In this document: positions 9,988 to 18,554 of the stretch, piece by piece | How positions within the stretch are numbered: position 1 is the first letter of the stretch | How the letters are laid out: each line of letters begins with the position of its first letter | NCBI GenBank assembly: GCA_032123335.1 | Contig: JAQBFN010000049.1 | Span: 1 to 28,485 of the forward strand | Source of the DNA: Candidatus Micrarchaeota archaeon | GTDB lineage: Archaea; Micrarchaeota; Micrarchaeia; Anstonellales; Bilamarchaeaceae | Direction: 5' to 3' | Length of the DNA: 28,485 nucleotides | Program-made: the position numbers and the translations under genes | Notes under the pieces: model-generated | Told to the model about the DNA's origin: nothing | What the model saw: only the letters and a program-made list of their open reading frames with translations | Database searches by the model: none

Positions 9988-10454
9988 TGGGCAGGCAAAC
10001 TCTTTCCAAGCGAGAAATCAAGGAACTCATTCCAACCCTTTCTTTTGTTTCCGTTTCCCCAAAGCAGAAAGTGGAAATTATCACTGAGGAAAAATGCATA
10101 ATACTGGAAATTGATGACAAGCCAATCTTTTTCCAGTTTAATGGGCGCTGGCTTCCCCTTCTCCGTGTAATCCTTTCCGGAGAACTCTCTGTTCCCTACA
10201 AGAAAGTAACCGTAGATATGGGTGCGATTAAGTTTGTTGCAAACGGTGCAGACATCATGCGCCCGGGAATTACGCAAATCGAAGACGGAATCTCCCCCGG
10301 AGACCCGGTCCTGATTGTAGATGAAACCCATGGGAAAACCCTTGCTTTGGGCGTTGCAATGTTTTCTTCCGAAGAAATGCGCTCCGCGTCCAGCGGAAAA
10401 GTAATCAAGAATGCGCACGCAGCCGGAGACGTGCTCTGGGAACTCACGAAATAA
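9987..10454 (+). CDS. PUA-domain RNA-binding protein (MCT-1/Tma20-like)
   Basis: VTVDMGAIKFVANGADIMRPGI and H-x2-GD-x2-W; TGATG stop/start overlap with atpD. Confidence 0.92.
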   Translation: MGRQTLSKREIKELIPTLSFVSVSPKQKVEIITEEKCIILEIDDKPIFFQFNGRWLPLLRVILSGELSVPYKKVTVDMGAIKFVANGADIMRPGITQIEDGISPGDPVLIVDETHGKTLALGVAMFSSEEMRSASSGKVIKNAHAAGDVLWELTK

Positions 10455-10884
10455 GCATATTCCTAATTAGTGCAGAAACCCATTTCTCCAAAAATAGCTC
10501 TTTCTTCCTCTCCTTTTCCAATGCACCCTTCAGGGAAACCCATTTAAAACCCGCAAAATCCGAAGAAGGCTTTGCCTGCATCCTCTTTGCACTTATCCTA
10601 AAAACAAGGAGCGGAATCAACTTCCTATACCTCCTGCTCCCCGCATTGTACCTGCCCTCAAAAATGCTTTCGTGCACCTGCCCATCTATTCCAGCCTGCT
10701 CCGCAAAAACACTTCCGATTTCCGCAACCGGGTCCCTTCTCCCCATAATTTCCACAGAAGGAAGCACCAGCCTCTTCTTCCCATATCTCTCTTTCCCCAC
10801 AAGAAATAGCACTCTCCCTCCATCCTCCAGCATTGCGCACGCAAACGCTTTCGGGTAATTAATTATTTTCTGCCTTCTCCCCAT
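10444..10884 (-). CDS. Nudix-fold protein with a degenerate Nudix box
   Basis: AFACAMLEDGGRVLFL...LVLPSVEIMGRRDPVAEIGSVFAEQAGI...FKWVS follows the Nudix layout; start moved to ATG 10884 to avoid overlap with the upstream permease. Confidence 0.6.
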   Translation of the reverse strand: MGRRQKIINYPKAFACAMLEDGGRVLFLVGKERYGKKRLVLPSVEIMGRRDPVAEIGSVFAEQAGIDGQVHESIFEGRYNAGSRRYRKLIPLLVFRISAKRMQAKPSSDFAGFKWVSLKGALEKERKKELFLEKWVSALIRNMLIS

Positions 10885-10891
10885 GTTATCC

Positions 10892-12880
10892 CTAGGAATA
10901 CGCAGTAATGTCGCGTCTCTTCCACACCACCAGCCCAATCAGCGCCGCAAGCAGCACAAAGTAAGTAATCAGTGCAGTTATGTCTGCAATCGGGTTCCCG
11001 TTCGTAACAATTACAATCTTGAATATGTTGGTTATGTGCGCAAGCGGAAGCAATTCCTGCAGGAACTGCGTATACGCGGGCAGCAGGTCCGGGGAGAAAA
11101 TTATGTTCCCCAGGAACATCATCGGAATCGCCAGAATAAGGCATCCCTGTATCGCAGATGACTCATTCCTTGAGAAGAACCCAACAAGCATTCCGATTGA
11201 TGCAAGCACCAGCGAGGAAATGAATATCCCCCAAACCAACATAACCAAATCCGTAGGGAATCTCACCCCAAACAAAAGTGCCGCAACCACAAGTATCACA
11301 AGCACCTGCGCAAAAGAAATAATCACTATTGATGCAATTTTCCCAATCACCAGGTTCCTCAGAGCCCCTGGAATCAGAAGCGAGCGCACAATAGTTTTCC
11401 TTGTTTTCTCCCGCACCAAACTTATGGAAGAAAGCAGGAAGCACGAAAACAGCAATGAAACCGCAATCACCTGCGGCATAATGAAGTCCACAAAACTTTC
11501 CCGCTCATAATGGTTTTCCACCTCAATTGAAAGTGGGACCGCAATATTCTCCGGGTCCTTCCCGGTCTGCTCCGCAACCGTTCCCTGCAATGAAGCAATC
11601 AGCTCATCCACAGACCCAGCCTGCAGCAATGCCTCATCCAGCGTTCCATCGATCTCCTCCATCGCATCATTCACATCCTCAAGAAGGGATTTGAGCTGCG
11701 CAACATCCTCGCTTGCCTCCACAAATAATCCTTCCATGGAAGTAAGTGTTGCGGAAGCCTCATCCAGAGCATCCTCCATCTCTTCAATATCCTGCGCATC
11801 TCTTGCATCATCGATCAATTCCGTATAATCTTCTAGAGATTCCTCCATCCCCTGCAGGGTTGCATTCAACTCCTGCAATTCAACAAGCTGCGCATCCACC
11901 GCTGAAATCTGGGATTCCGTATTGCCCCTCAGCGCCTCCAGGCTAATTATCGTTAAATCAATCGCCCCAATAGTAACATCACAATCCGGCCCGCTTGCAG
12001 TCATTTTGAGCAAGTTAAGCCCATCAATTGATGCAGAAAGCGTAATCACAGTATTCTGCAATTCCACCCGTTGTACCTTCAGCTCAGCATGCGCATCCTC
12101 CACCGCAACTATAGATTCATTTAGTGCATCCCCAGCATCCACAAGGAACTCTTCAGTCTCATTGAACAGCAGCTCATTCCCTGCAGAAGCCTCCTGCAGC
12201 GCAGCCCGTTGCTCCGCAATAAGCCCCTGCATTTCCGAAATGCTGGAATCCGCCTCCTCGATTGACCCGGAAAGCCCCTCAATATCCAGCTCGCCAATAT
12301 CCTCATTTATTTCCTGCAGCTGTGCCTTCGTTTCCTCCATCCCTCCCCTGCTTACTGCAATATCCTGCGCAAGCGCACTCGCGGATTCATTAAGCCCATA
12401 CAGGTCCTCCCATGCAGCGGATACATACTCCCGGGTAATGTCCGCGGAAGAGGCCTGCACAACTGAAGCCATCGCCGCAATTATCGATTGCTCCAGCACA
12501 ATATCAGAATTATCCACAACTATCCGAACGGTTGTGCCCTTCCCGGTTTCCAGGTCCTGCTCAAAATTCTGCGGCACAATAATTATTGCGCGCACCTGCC
12601 CGTTCCTGAACGCTTCCATCGCATCCGCTTCAGTACTGAATTCCTGCAGTTTGAACGCACTCGAATTCGAAAGCCCCTCTAAAAGAACCCCTGCAAAAGG
12701 AGCATCCACCGGCCCGGTCAATCCAATCGGAAGCCCGCTTATTTCCAGCGTATTGAATGAGCTCCCCATAAATACCATAATGAAAATGGGGAAAATAAGC
12801 AGCACCGCCATCATTGTGCGGTCGTGCAGTATCTCCAGGAGTTCCTTCCTCACTACTGAAACCGAATTCATCTCACACAC
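10892..12880 (-). CDS. ABC-2 type transporter permease with a long extracytoplasmic coiled-coil insert
   Basis: N-terminal RKELLEILHDR plus TM, C-terminal five-TM block with SLVREK and LPLAH; ~300-aa acidic heptad-rich insert; true start may be a few codons downstream (MNSVS). Confidence 0.9.
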   Translation of the reverse strand: MCEMNSVSVVRKELLEILHDRTMMAVLLIFPIFIMVFMGSSFNTLEISGLPIGLTGPVDAPFAGVLLEGLSNSSAFKLQEFSTEADAMEAFRNGQVRAIIIVPQNFEQDLETGKGTTVRIVVDNSDIVLEQSIIAAMASVVQASSADITREYVSAAWEDLYGLNESASALAQDIAVSRGGMEETKAQLQEINEDIGELDIEGLSGSIEEADSSISEMQGLIAEQRAALQEASAGNELLFNETEEFLVDAGDALNESIVAVEDAHAELKVQRVELQNTVITLSASIDGLNLLKMTASGPDCDVTIGAIDLTIISLEALRGNTESQISAVDAQLVELQELNATLQGMEESLEDYTELIDDARDAQDIEEMEDALDEASATLTSMEGLFVEASEDVAQLKSLLEDVNDAMEEIDGTLDEALLQAGSVDELIASLQGTVAEQTGKDPENIAVPLSIEVENHYERESFVDFIMPQVIAVSLLFSCFLLSSISLVREKTRKTIVRSLLIPGALRNLVIGKIASIVIISFAQVLVILVVAALLFGVRFPTDLVMLVWGIFISSLVLASIGMLVGFFSRNESSAIQGCLILAIPMMFLGNIIFSPDLLPAYTQFLQELLPLAHITNIFKIVIVTNGNPIADITALITYFVLLAALIGLVVWKRRDITAYS

Positions 12881-13604
12881 CCCTCTTTATTAGATGCGCG
12901 AACACATCTTCCATCTGGTTCAGCTTGTATTTTTTCTTGAGTTTTTCCGGAGTCCCCGAATCCACAATCCTCCCCGCAAACATGATTGCAACACTGTCGC
13001 AGAGATGCTCTACCTCATCCATATAGTGCGATGTAAAGATAATCGTTTTCCCTGCCTTGTGCAACTCCCGTATAAGCTCCCAGATTTCCTTCCGCACCAC
13101 AGGGTCCAGCCCCACAGTGGGCTCATCCATGAAAATTACAATCGGGTCATGCACCAGCGAGCACGCCAGGTTCAGCCTTTTCTTCATCCCGCCCGAAAGG
13201 CTCGACGCCAGCGCATCCTTCTTCACAGTCAATTTAACCTGCTTAAGCAAATCCGCAATCCTTTCCCTGCTTACCTTCTTCGGAATCCCAAACTGGTCCG
13301 AGAAAAACTCAAGGTTCTCCTGCACAGTAAGCGTTTCGTAGAATGAATCCTGCTGCGTAACCATCCCCACTTCCGGAACTCCCCCTTTTTTCATCTCCTT
13401 GAGGCTCTTGCCCAGCACTTCCACATCCCCTGAGGAAGGGGAAAGAAGCCCGCTCATCATATTAAATGTGGTGGTTTTCCCCGAGCCGTTTGCCCCAAGC
13501 AACCCGAATATTTCCCCATTGTCCACGGTAAAGGAAATCCTGTCCACTATGATTTTTTCTTTGATTACCTTGGTAAGCTGGCTTACCTTCACCGCATGGG
13601 CCAT
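12873..13604 (-). CDS. ABC transporter ATP-binding protein
   Basis: Walker A GANGSGKTT, signature LSGGMKKR, Walker B IFMDEPT, H-loop TSHYMDE. Confidence 0.97.
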   Translation of the reverse strand: MAHAVKVSQLTKVIKEKIIVDRISFTVDNGEIFGLLGANGSGKTTTFNMMSGLLSPSSGDVEVLGKSLKEMKKGGVPEVGMVTQQDSFYETLTVQENLEFFSDQFGIPKKVSRERIADLLKQVKLTVKKDALASSLSGGMKKRLNLACSLVHDPIVIFMDEPTVGLDPVVRKEIWELIRELHKAGKTIIFTSHYMDEVEHLCDSVAIMFAGRIVDSGTPEKLKKKYKLNQMEDVFAHLIKRGV

Positions 13605-13691
13605 AACCCCCCCATCTCTCCCATATTTTTAAATATCTGTGCCCACCCAAACCTTTTTATTATAGAAAATCGTAATTTATGGTGTGGGAAC

Positions 13692-15257
13692 ATGGCTAAT
13701 GTGCAAAAAAACCTAACTACTTTTAGGAGTACACTATCAGAAAGGATGAGGAATGCAGGATTCCCTTCCGTTGACAATGCACGGATGCAAAACCGCTTAA
13801 TGGAAGAAGGGCTCTGGAAAAAGGGAGCTCCCACCAGCGTTGTGCAATCCGGGGAAATGATTTACAACCGAGGAATCGGCTCCAGGAAATCCAGCTTTTT
13901 TGTATTCGTGAAATCCGAGCCCTCCAAAAACCAGGTTACTGTTTACTATTACAACCCCGATGCAGGTTCCAAAGCCCCAATGCGCAGGAAAGGCAACAAT
14001 GGGAAAACAATGCAGGGGGAGGAGTACCTAGTCCGCAAAGTCTACAAGGGCACGCATGATCCAACTGCAGCTGCAGAGCAGATATTCAATGATGTTCTGC
14101 ATTATGCTTCCCTAAAGCCCCTGCAGGAATACAGGATGGAATCCCACATACACTGCGGCTGGATGCCAAAGGGCTACAAGCATACCAGGCGCTTCAGGGA
14201 CGATGGAATGTCCCAGTTGCAGGACATCATCCGCATGAATGCACTCTATGCGCGCGACATTGTTTCCCTCACTTCCCACAATTCATTCGACAGGAAAAAA
14301 TTCCTGGCAATGGAAATAATCGCAGATGAAATGGGCATGATTATGGTGCCCGGAATGGAGCTCACTGCCCCAGGAAATGTTCCAAATGGCCCCCACCTGC
14401 TCCTTTGGTTCTCTGATTTTATGGCAGCGCATGAAGGCGAGCTCATCGCAACCAAGCGAAGGAGTGATTTTTCAATGCCCCCATTCAATGACGATATTCC
14501 CCTCCATAAGGTTCTCCCCCTTCTTTACAGCCGCCTTGCAACGCGCGGAGAGCTGATAATCGGTGCGGCCCACCCATTCAACTTCCACACTCCCGACCAC
14601 CCTGTTTATGACGTCGGGATGGTGAGCACAGTTGAAACTGGCCCGTATAAATACAATTCAATAAGTGCCCTGTTTGAGTATGTGCATGCGGTTGAAACCT
14701 GGAATGCCTCGCTGGATGATAGCAATGTCATTCCCCACCTTAAGAGCCGCACTCTCCAGAGGATGGTGGATAACCTTGTCTCCCAGCTTTCCCATGAGCT
14801 TGCCAGGGAATTGGAGCCGACCGCAAACGCAGTTTCTTTTGCACTTCCAAATATGCTCACTGTTCCATTCGAATGCTTCGGAACAGATGACCATACTACC
14901 CCCCCGATGAATTATGTTTCGGATGGTGCCCCGCAGGCATGGGGCCACACAGTAATCGACCTTGGAACCGCTTATGTCACTCTGCCCAGGAAGCCCACTG
15001 CGCAGGATCTGATTCAGATGCTGCACCACAGCCTTGTTTCAATGGACGCCCACGTATTTACTGAAGTTCAGGATGGGCGCATACAGGTTCCCGAGGGAAG
15101 GCGGGAAATGAATAAGTGGACGCGAAAGCTCAGGAAGGCTCTGCAGGAAAAAGCGGATAAAGAGTATGTGCGTGGAGTTCTCAAGGACCTCGCAACTTTC
15201 AAATTTGATGCAAAAGAAATGAAGAGCCTCGCGCACTCATATGGATGGGGAAAATAA
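13692..15257 (+). CDS. PHP-family metal-dependent phosphoesterase with an N-terminal extension
   Basis: PHP motifs in order: ESHIHC, DG, TSHN, PGMEL, GPHLLL, AHPF, VETWNA, GTDDH; start at ATG 13692 after GGTGTGG. Confidence 0.8.
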   Translation: MANVQKNLTTFRSTLSERMRNAGFPSVDNARMQNRLMEEGLWKKGAPTSVVQSGEMIYNRGIGSRKSSFFVFVKSEPSKNQVTVYYYNPDAGSKAPMRRKGNNGKTMQGEEYLVRKVYKGTHDPTAAAEQIFNDVLHYASLKPLQEYRMESHIHCGWMPKGYKHTRRFRDDGMSQLQDIIRMNALYARDIVSLTSHNSFDRKKFLAMEIIADEMGMIMVPGMELTAPGNVPNGPHLLLWFSDFMAAHEGELIATKRRSDFSMPPFNDDIPLHKVLPLLYSRLATRGELIIGAAHPFNFHTPDHPVYDVGMVSTVETGPYKYNSISALFEYVHAVETWNASLDDSNVIPHLKSRTLQRMVDNLVSQLSHELARELEPTANAVSFALPNMLTVPFECFGTDDHTTPPMNYVSDGAPQAWGHTVIDLGTAYVTLPRKPTAQDLIQMLHHSLVSMDAHVFTEVQDGRIQVPEGRREMNKWTRKLRKALQEKADKEYVRGVLKDLATFKFDAKEMKSLAHSYGWGK

Positions 15258-15268
15258 AGAAAAGGAGC

Positions 15269-15742
15269 TTAATCACTCCTTCTTCCCCTGCCCATACCTC
15301 GTCCCTTCCGCGGGCCTCTTCCCATCCCATACCTGGGACCGGTGCCTGCAGGAAGGTCCTCTTTGATTCCTTTATCCTGGGGTGGATTGCATCCGCCTCT
15401 TCCACGGTTTGCCCGATTTCCCCGGCCTGAACCATCTCTTTTTGGAACTCCTTTTTCTTCTGTCACATATTCACCTCCTTCTATCCGTATTTCTTTTCCG
15501 TTTACTATTGCATCCGCAACCTTTGCCCTTGCAGATTCAATTATCCTTGAGAAAGTAGGCTGGGAAACATCCATCTCACCAGCAGCATCCTTCTGGTCCA
15601 TCTTCTCCAGGTCATTGAGCCTGATTGCCTCAAACTCATCCACACTGAGCATTACAGTTTCGTATCCCTGCATTCCCATTGGCCTGAACCTGCAGAATCC
15701 CGGTTCTCTCCAAACGGTTCTGCACCTTCTTCCTCTTGGCAT
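15269..15742 (-). CDS. DUF134 (UPF0251) HTH regulator with a Gly/Arg-rich C-terminal tail
   Basis: MPRGRRCR...DEFEAIRLNDLEKMDQKDAAGEMDVSQPTFSRIIESARAKVADAIVNGKEIRIEGG. Confidence 0.92.
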   Translation of the reverse strand: MPRGRRCRTVWREPGFCRFRPMGMQGYETVMLSVDEFEAIRLNDLEKMDQKDAAGEMDVSQPTFSRIIESARAKVADAIVNGKEIRIEGGEYVTEEKGVPKRDGSGRGNRANRGRGGCNPPQDKGIKEDLPAGTGPRYGMGRGPRKGRGMGRGRRSD

Positions 15743-15745
15743 AAG

Positions 15746-15759
15746 TGAATATATATTCA
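15746..15759. promoter_or_regulatory. perfect 14-bp palindrome TGAATATATATTCA, candidate operator of the DUF134 gene
   Basis: Self-complementary; lies between the TATA-like TTATAAAA (15765-15772, minus strand) and ATG 15742. Confidence 0.6.
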
Positions 15760-15819
15760 AAACGTTTTATAATGCTTCCGCTCGCAACCCAAAAAATAAA
15801 AAACCAGAAAAAGGAAAAT

Positions 15820-16254
15820 TCAGCTGCTTTCCTGCAACGTAGCCATTTCCAGGATCGCTGAGCCGAGCCGCTTTAGCTCCGGCTCCTTCCCAGTAGCCCT
15901 GGTGTAAAGCATCCCATGCCATTCTCCAAGTCCGAACTTTTTGTCGAGCATGCTGAGGACTTTTTCAGGGTTGAATTGCCTGCAGGAGTATAAGTCGAAG
16001 TAAATCTCCTTGCCTCCTTCTTTGTTGTCAAAGTAGTGCAGCGAGCAATGGCTCGTAGTAATCATCTGCACGAAACTCTGCCCCGGAAAATCCAGGTCCT
16101 CTGCATCTGCCCAATTTAGGGGCCCCAACGGCTTCATGTTGATGGCCTTGAGCAATTCATCCACGAAACGCGTTGAATCGTCCTTTGGAAGTGCCGAAAA
16201 ATTCCGGTCGATTTTTGCGTTCACGGTCAGGTGTATGTGTTCGAGCTGACCCAT
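15820..16254 (-). CDS. speD: pyruvoyl-dependent S-adenosylmethionine decarboxylase family proenzyme (class 1b-like)
   Basis: PGQSFVQMITTSHCSLHYF (self-cleavage Ser-His region) and FDLYSCRQF; the substrate is not certain. Confidence 0.75.
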   Translation of the reverse strand: MGQLEHIHLTVNAKIDRNFSALPKDDSTRFVDELLKAINMKPLGPLNWADAEDLDFPGQSFVQMITTSHCSLHYFDNKEGGKEIYFDLYSCRQFNPEKVLSMLDKKFGLGEWHGMLYTRATGKEPELKRLGSAILEMATLQESS

Positions 16255-16320
16255 GCTGCATCGTGCTTTTCTTTTCTTTAGGATAAGCTTAAAAACTTAT
16301 TTCCGTTTTTTGGCAATTTC

Positions 16321-17451
16321 TTAGATTTCTTCGAGATCATGGGTACTTTTTTCCAGCAATTCCCCAATCCCCATTTCCCCATAATATTTCTCAACAATTT
16401 CCTTTCTCGCCTTCGTAACCGGGCTCTTTACCGCAACAAGCGAGCAGCAGTCCTGGTATTCTTTTATGCTCTCTTCATAAGTCCCAATCCTCTCCGCAAC
16501 ATCCACAATTTCCATTTTGTCCATGGAAATCAAAGGCCTGAAAACAGGAACTTCCATCCCGCTCTGTGCTGCAGCAATATTCTCCAGCGTCTGGCTTGCA
16601 ACCTGCCCAAGTGAATCCCCGCTCACAACTCCCCCATATTTCTTCTCTTTTGCAACCCTCTCCGCCAGTTTGTACAGATACTTCCGGAAAACAACCAGTT
16701 CATATCTCCTTTCCACTTCCCCGGTGCGCGCATAAAATCCAGCATACGGAACCACCCACAGCTTAGCTTTCCTTTGCTGGTATTCATCCAGGCTTTTCAC
16801 AAGCTTCTCAATTTTGCTTCCCTTCACTTTCCCATTCGTATCAAAGGAATGCACATGCAGGTAGTCCACCTCGCACCCCCTCTTCATCATAAGATATGCA
16901 GCAACAGGGGAATCTATCCCCCCACTCATCAGGCAAAGCACTCTCCCCCCTACGCCCACCGGAAGCCCCCTCAGCCCCCGCACCTTCTCAAAGAATACGA
17001 GCGCCTTCCCCTGCACAATCTCAATAAATACCGTAATCTCAGGATTCTTCAGGTCCACCATTGCATCCACGGAATCCAGCACGCGCTTTCCAATCTCCCC
17101 GCTCAATTCCATCGAGCCCATGGGGAAATTTTTGTCGCTGCGTTTCGCGCGCACTGCAAATTTTTTCCCCCCAACCCTCTTCAGGTTCTTCTTCACGCAC
17201 TTCCAGATTGCTTCTGTTTCCGGAGCACACTCCTCCGCAATTGCAAACCACTCAATCCCGAAAACCTTCCCCAGTTTCTCGCGCGCACTTTTTTCCGTAA
17301 ACTTCCCTTCAGCAAATAAGCGCTTCTGCTCCACATTCACCCTAACATCTTTTCCAAGCACCTTCCGCACATTGGACGCAAGCTTTTCCTCAAAGTATTT
17401 CCTATTTTTCCCTTTGAGCCCAATCTCCCCGTAATGAATAAGCGCAATCAT
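16321..17451 (-). CDS. thiI: tRNA 4-thiouridine(8) synthase ThiI (no rhodanese domain)
   Basis: HYGEIGLKGKNR, THUMP domain, PP-loop LMSGGIDSPVA, GDSLGQVASQTL, YQDCC. Confidence 0.96.
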   Translation of the reverse strand: MIALIHYGEIGLKGKNRKYFEEKLASNVRKVLGKDVRVNVEQKRLFAEGKFTEKSAREKLGKVFGIEWFAIAEECAPETEAIWKCVKKNLKRVGGKKFAVRAKRSDKNFPMGSMELSGEIGKRVLDSVDAMVDLKNPEITVFIEIVQGKALVFFEKVRGLRGLPVGVGGRVLCLMSGGIDSPVAAYLMMKRGCEVDYLHVHSFDTNGKVKGSKIEKLVKSLDEYQQRKAKLWVVPYAGFYARTGEVERRYELVVFRKYLYKLAERVAKEKKYGGVVSGDSLGQVASQTLENIAAAQSGMEVPVFRPLISMDKMEIVDVAERIGTYEESIKEYQDCCSLVAVKSPVTKARKEIVEKYYGEMGIGELLEKSTHDLEEI

Positions 17452-17488
17452 GCACTAAAGAATGAATCAAAAGCTAAAAAAAGCGACT

Positions 17489-18436
17489 CTACTGCCCTAT
17501 CCGCAAAGGCCCCGGCTCAAACCTTCCCTTTCTGCTCTCCACCCTCAGCCTCTGTGGATTGAAGGCACGCTTCCCATCAAAGAATTTCGCTTTCATGAAG
17601 TCCCGCACATCCAGCACAGTTATCCCCGCAACCTGCGGAGGCCTGAAATCAGTTTTAAGGTAAGGAAGCGTATACGTAACTGAAGGCGTTCCAACCACAC
17701 GCAGCATTTCCTTAAGCCCACAGGAAGTGTAAGTTCCTGCAAAGGGAGCATGTGCATGCGAGAACAAAATATCTGCCCGCGCATTTGCAATCCTCTCCAG
17801 GATTTCCTTCTTAACCCATAAGTTGTACCCTGGGTTCTTCCCGGCCTTGTCCTTAATCCAGGTTAATTTATCCGGAGGAAAATGCGTTGCAACAACTATC
17901 CTCTTTTCCCTGTTCCTGCCCAGCTCCGAATCCAGGAATCCATAATCCAGCTCCTCAGGGCGCATTCCGGAAAGCAAAATGAACTTTGTTTCCCCCAGCA
18001 TAAATGAAGAATTTCCAATACGCTCTTCAGGAATAACTCCCTCAAGTACACTGCGTGCAAACTCCTCACTTCCATCGTGATTCCCAAAATTCAAGTGCGG
18101 AATAAACCCAGTCTCCTTAAGCGAAATGTAAAACCGCGCAAACTCGTCCCATTGCCACCCACCGTTCCTGCAGGTTTCCGCAAGGTTCGGGAACTCCACC
18201 ATGTCCCCATTGAAAATCAGGTGGAACCCTTCCCTTCCCCCTACAAGCGCCCCAAGGGCTGAAACAAGCGCCGGACCCTTTTTCGCAGGATTGTCCCGAG
18301 TAAGGTGCAGGTCCCCAACCACAAATACGTGCTGCTTCGGGTCAAGCTCGCCCTCATAAGCAAGTGATGGAAAGAGCTGGGCCGCACCAAATGCAGCAGC
18401 GCCAATAAGGAAGTTCCTCCGGGTAATCCCGCCCAT
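17489..18436 (-). CDS. calcineurin-like metallophosphoesterase with twin-arginine N-terminus (copy 1)
   Basis: ITRRNFL plus hydrophobic stretch; GDLH, NGD, GNHD, THFP, SHAH. Confidence 0.9.
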   Translation of the reverse strand: MGGITRRNFLIGAAAFGAAQLFPSLAYEGELDPKQHVFVVGDLHLTRDNPAKKGPALVSALGALVGGREGFHLIFNGDMVEFPNLAETCRNGGWQWDEFARFYISLKETGFIPHLNFGNHDGSEEFARSVLEGVIPEERIGNSSFMLGETKFILLSGMRPEELDYGFLDSELGRNREKRIVVATHFPPDKLTWIKDKAGKNPGYNLWVKKEILERIANARADILFSHAHAPFAGTYTSCGLKEMLRVVGTPSVTYTLPYLKTDFRPPQVAGITVLDVRDFMKAKFFDGKRAFNPQRLRVESRKGRFEPGPLRIGQ

Positions 18437-18525
18437 GTATCCATTTATGTTTAGAAATGTATTTAAGCCTCAATAATTGTCCCTGTTTTCCCCTCAATCG
18501 CCTTTTTAATTCCTTCAAGCGAGCA
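18431..18525 (-). repeat. duplicated carbamate-kinase 3' end plus promoter block (copy of 19542-19636)
   Basis: 18431-18474 is identical (44 bp) to 19542-19585; 18463-18525 reads CSLEGIKKAIEGKTGTIIEA* versus CSLEDIEQAIEGKAGTVIEA* in arcC; offset 1111 bp. Confidence 0.92.
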
Positions 18526-18554
18526 AAACCGCTTGTTCAGACCCTAGAAATAAG

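Noticed and set aside
9690..10418. 242-aa minus-strand ORF
   Set aside because: Antisense to atpD and the PUA gene, both strongly supported
11922..12893. 323-aa plus-strand ORF
   Set aside because: Ser/Ile-rich antisense shadow of the ABC permease; no independent motifs
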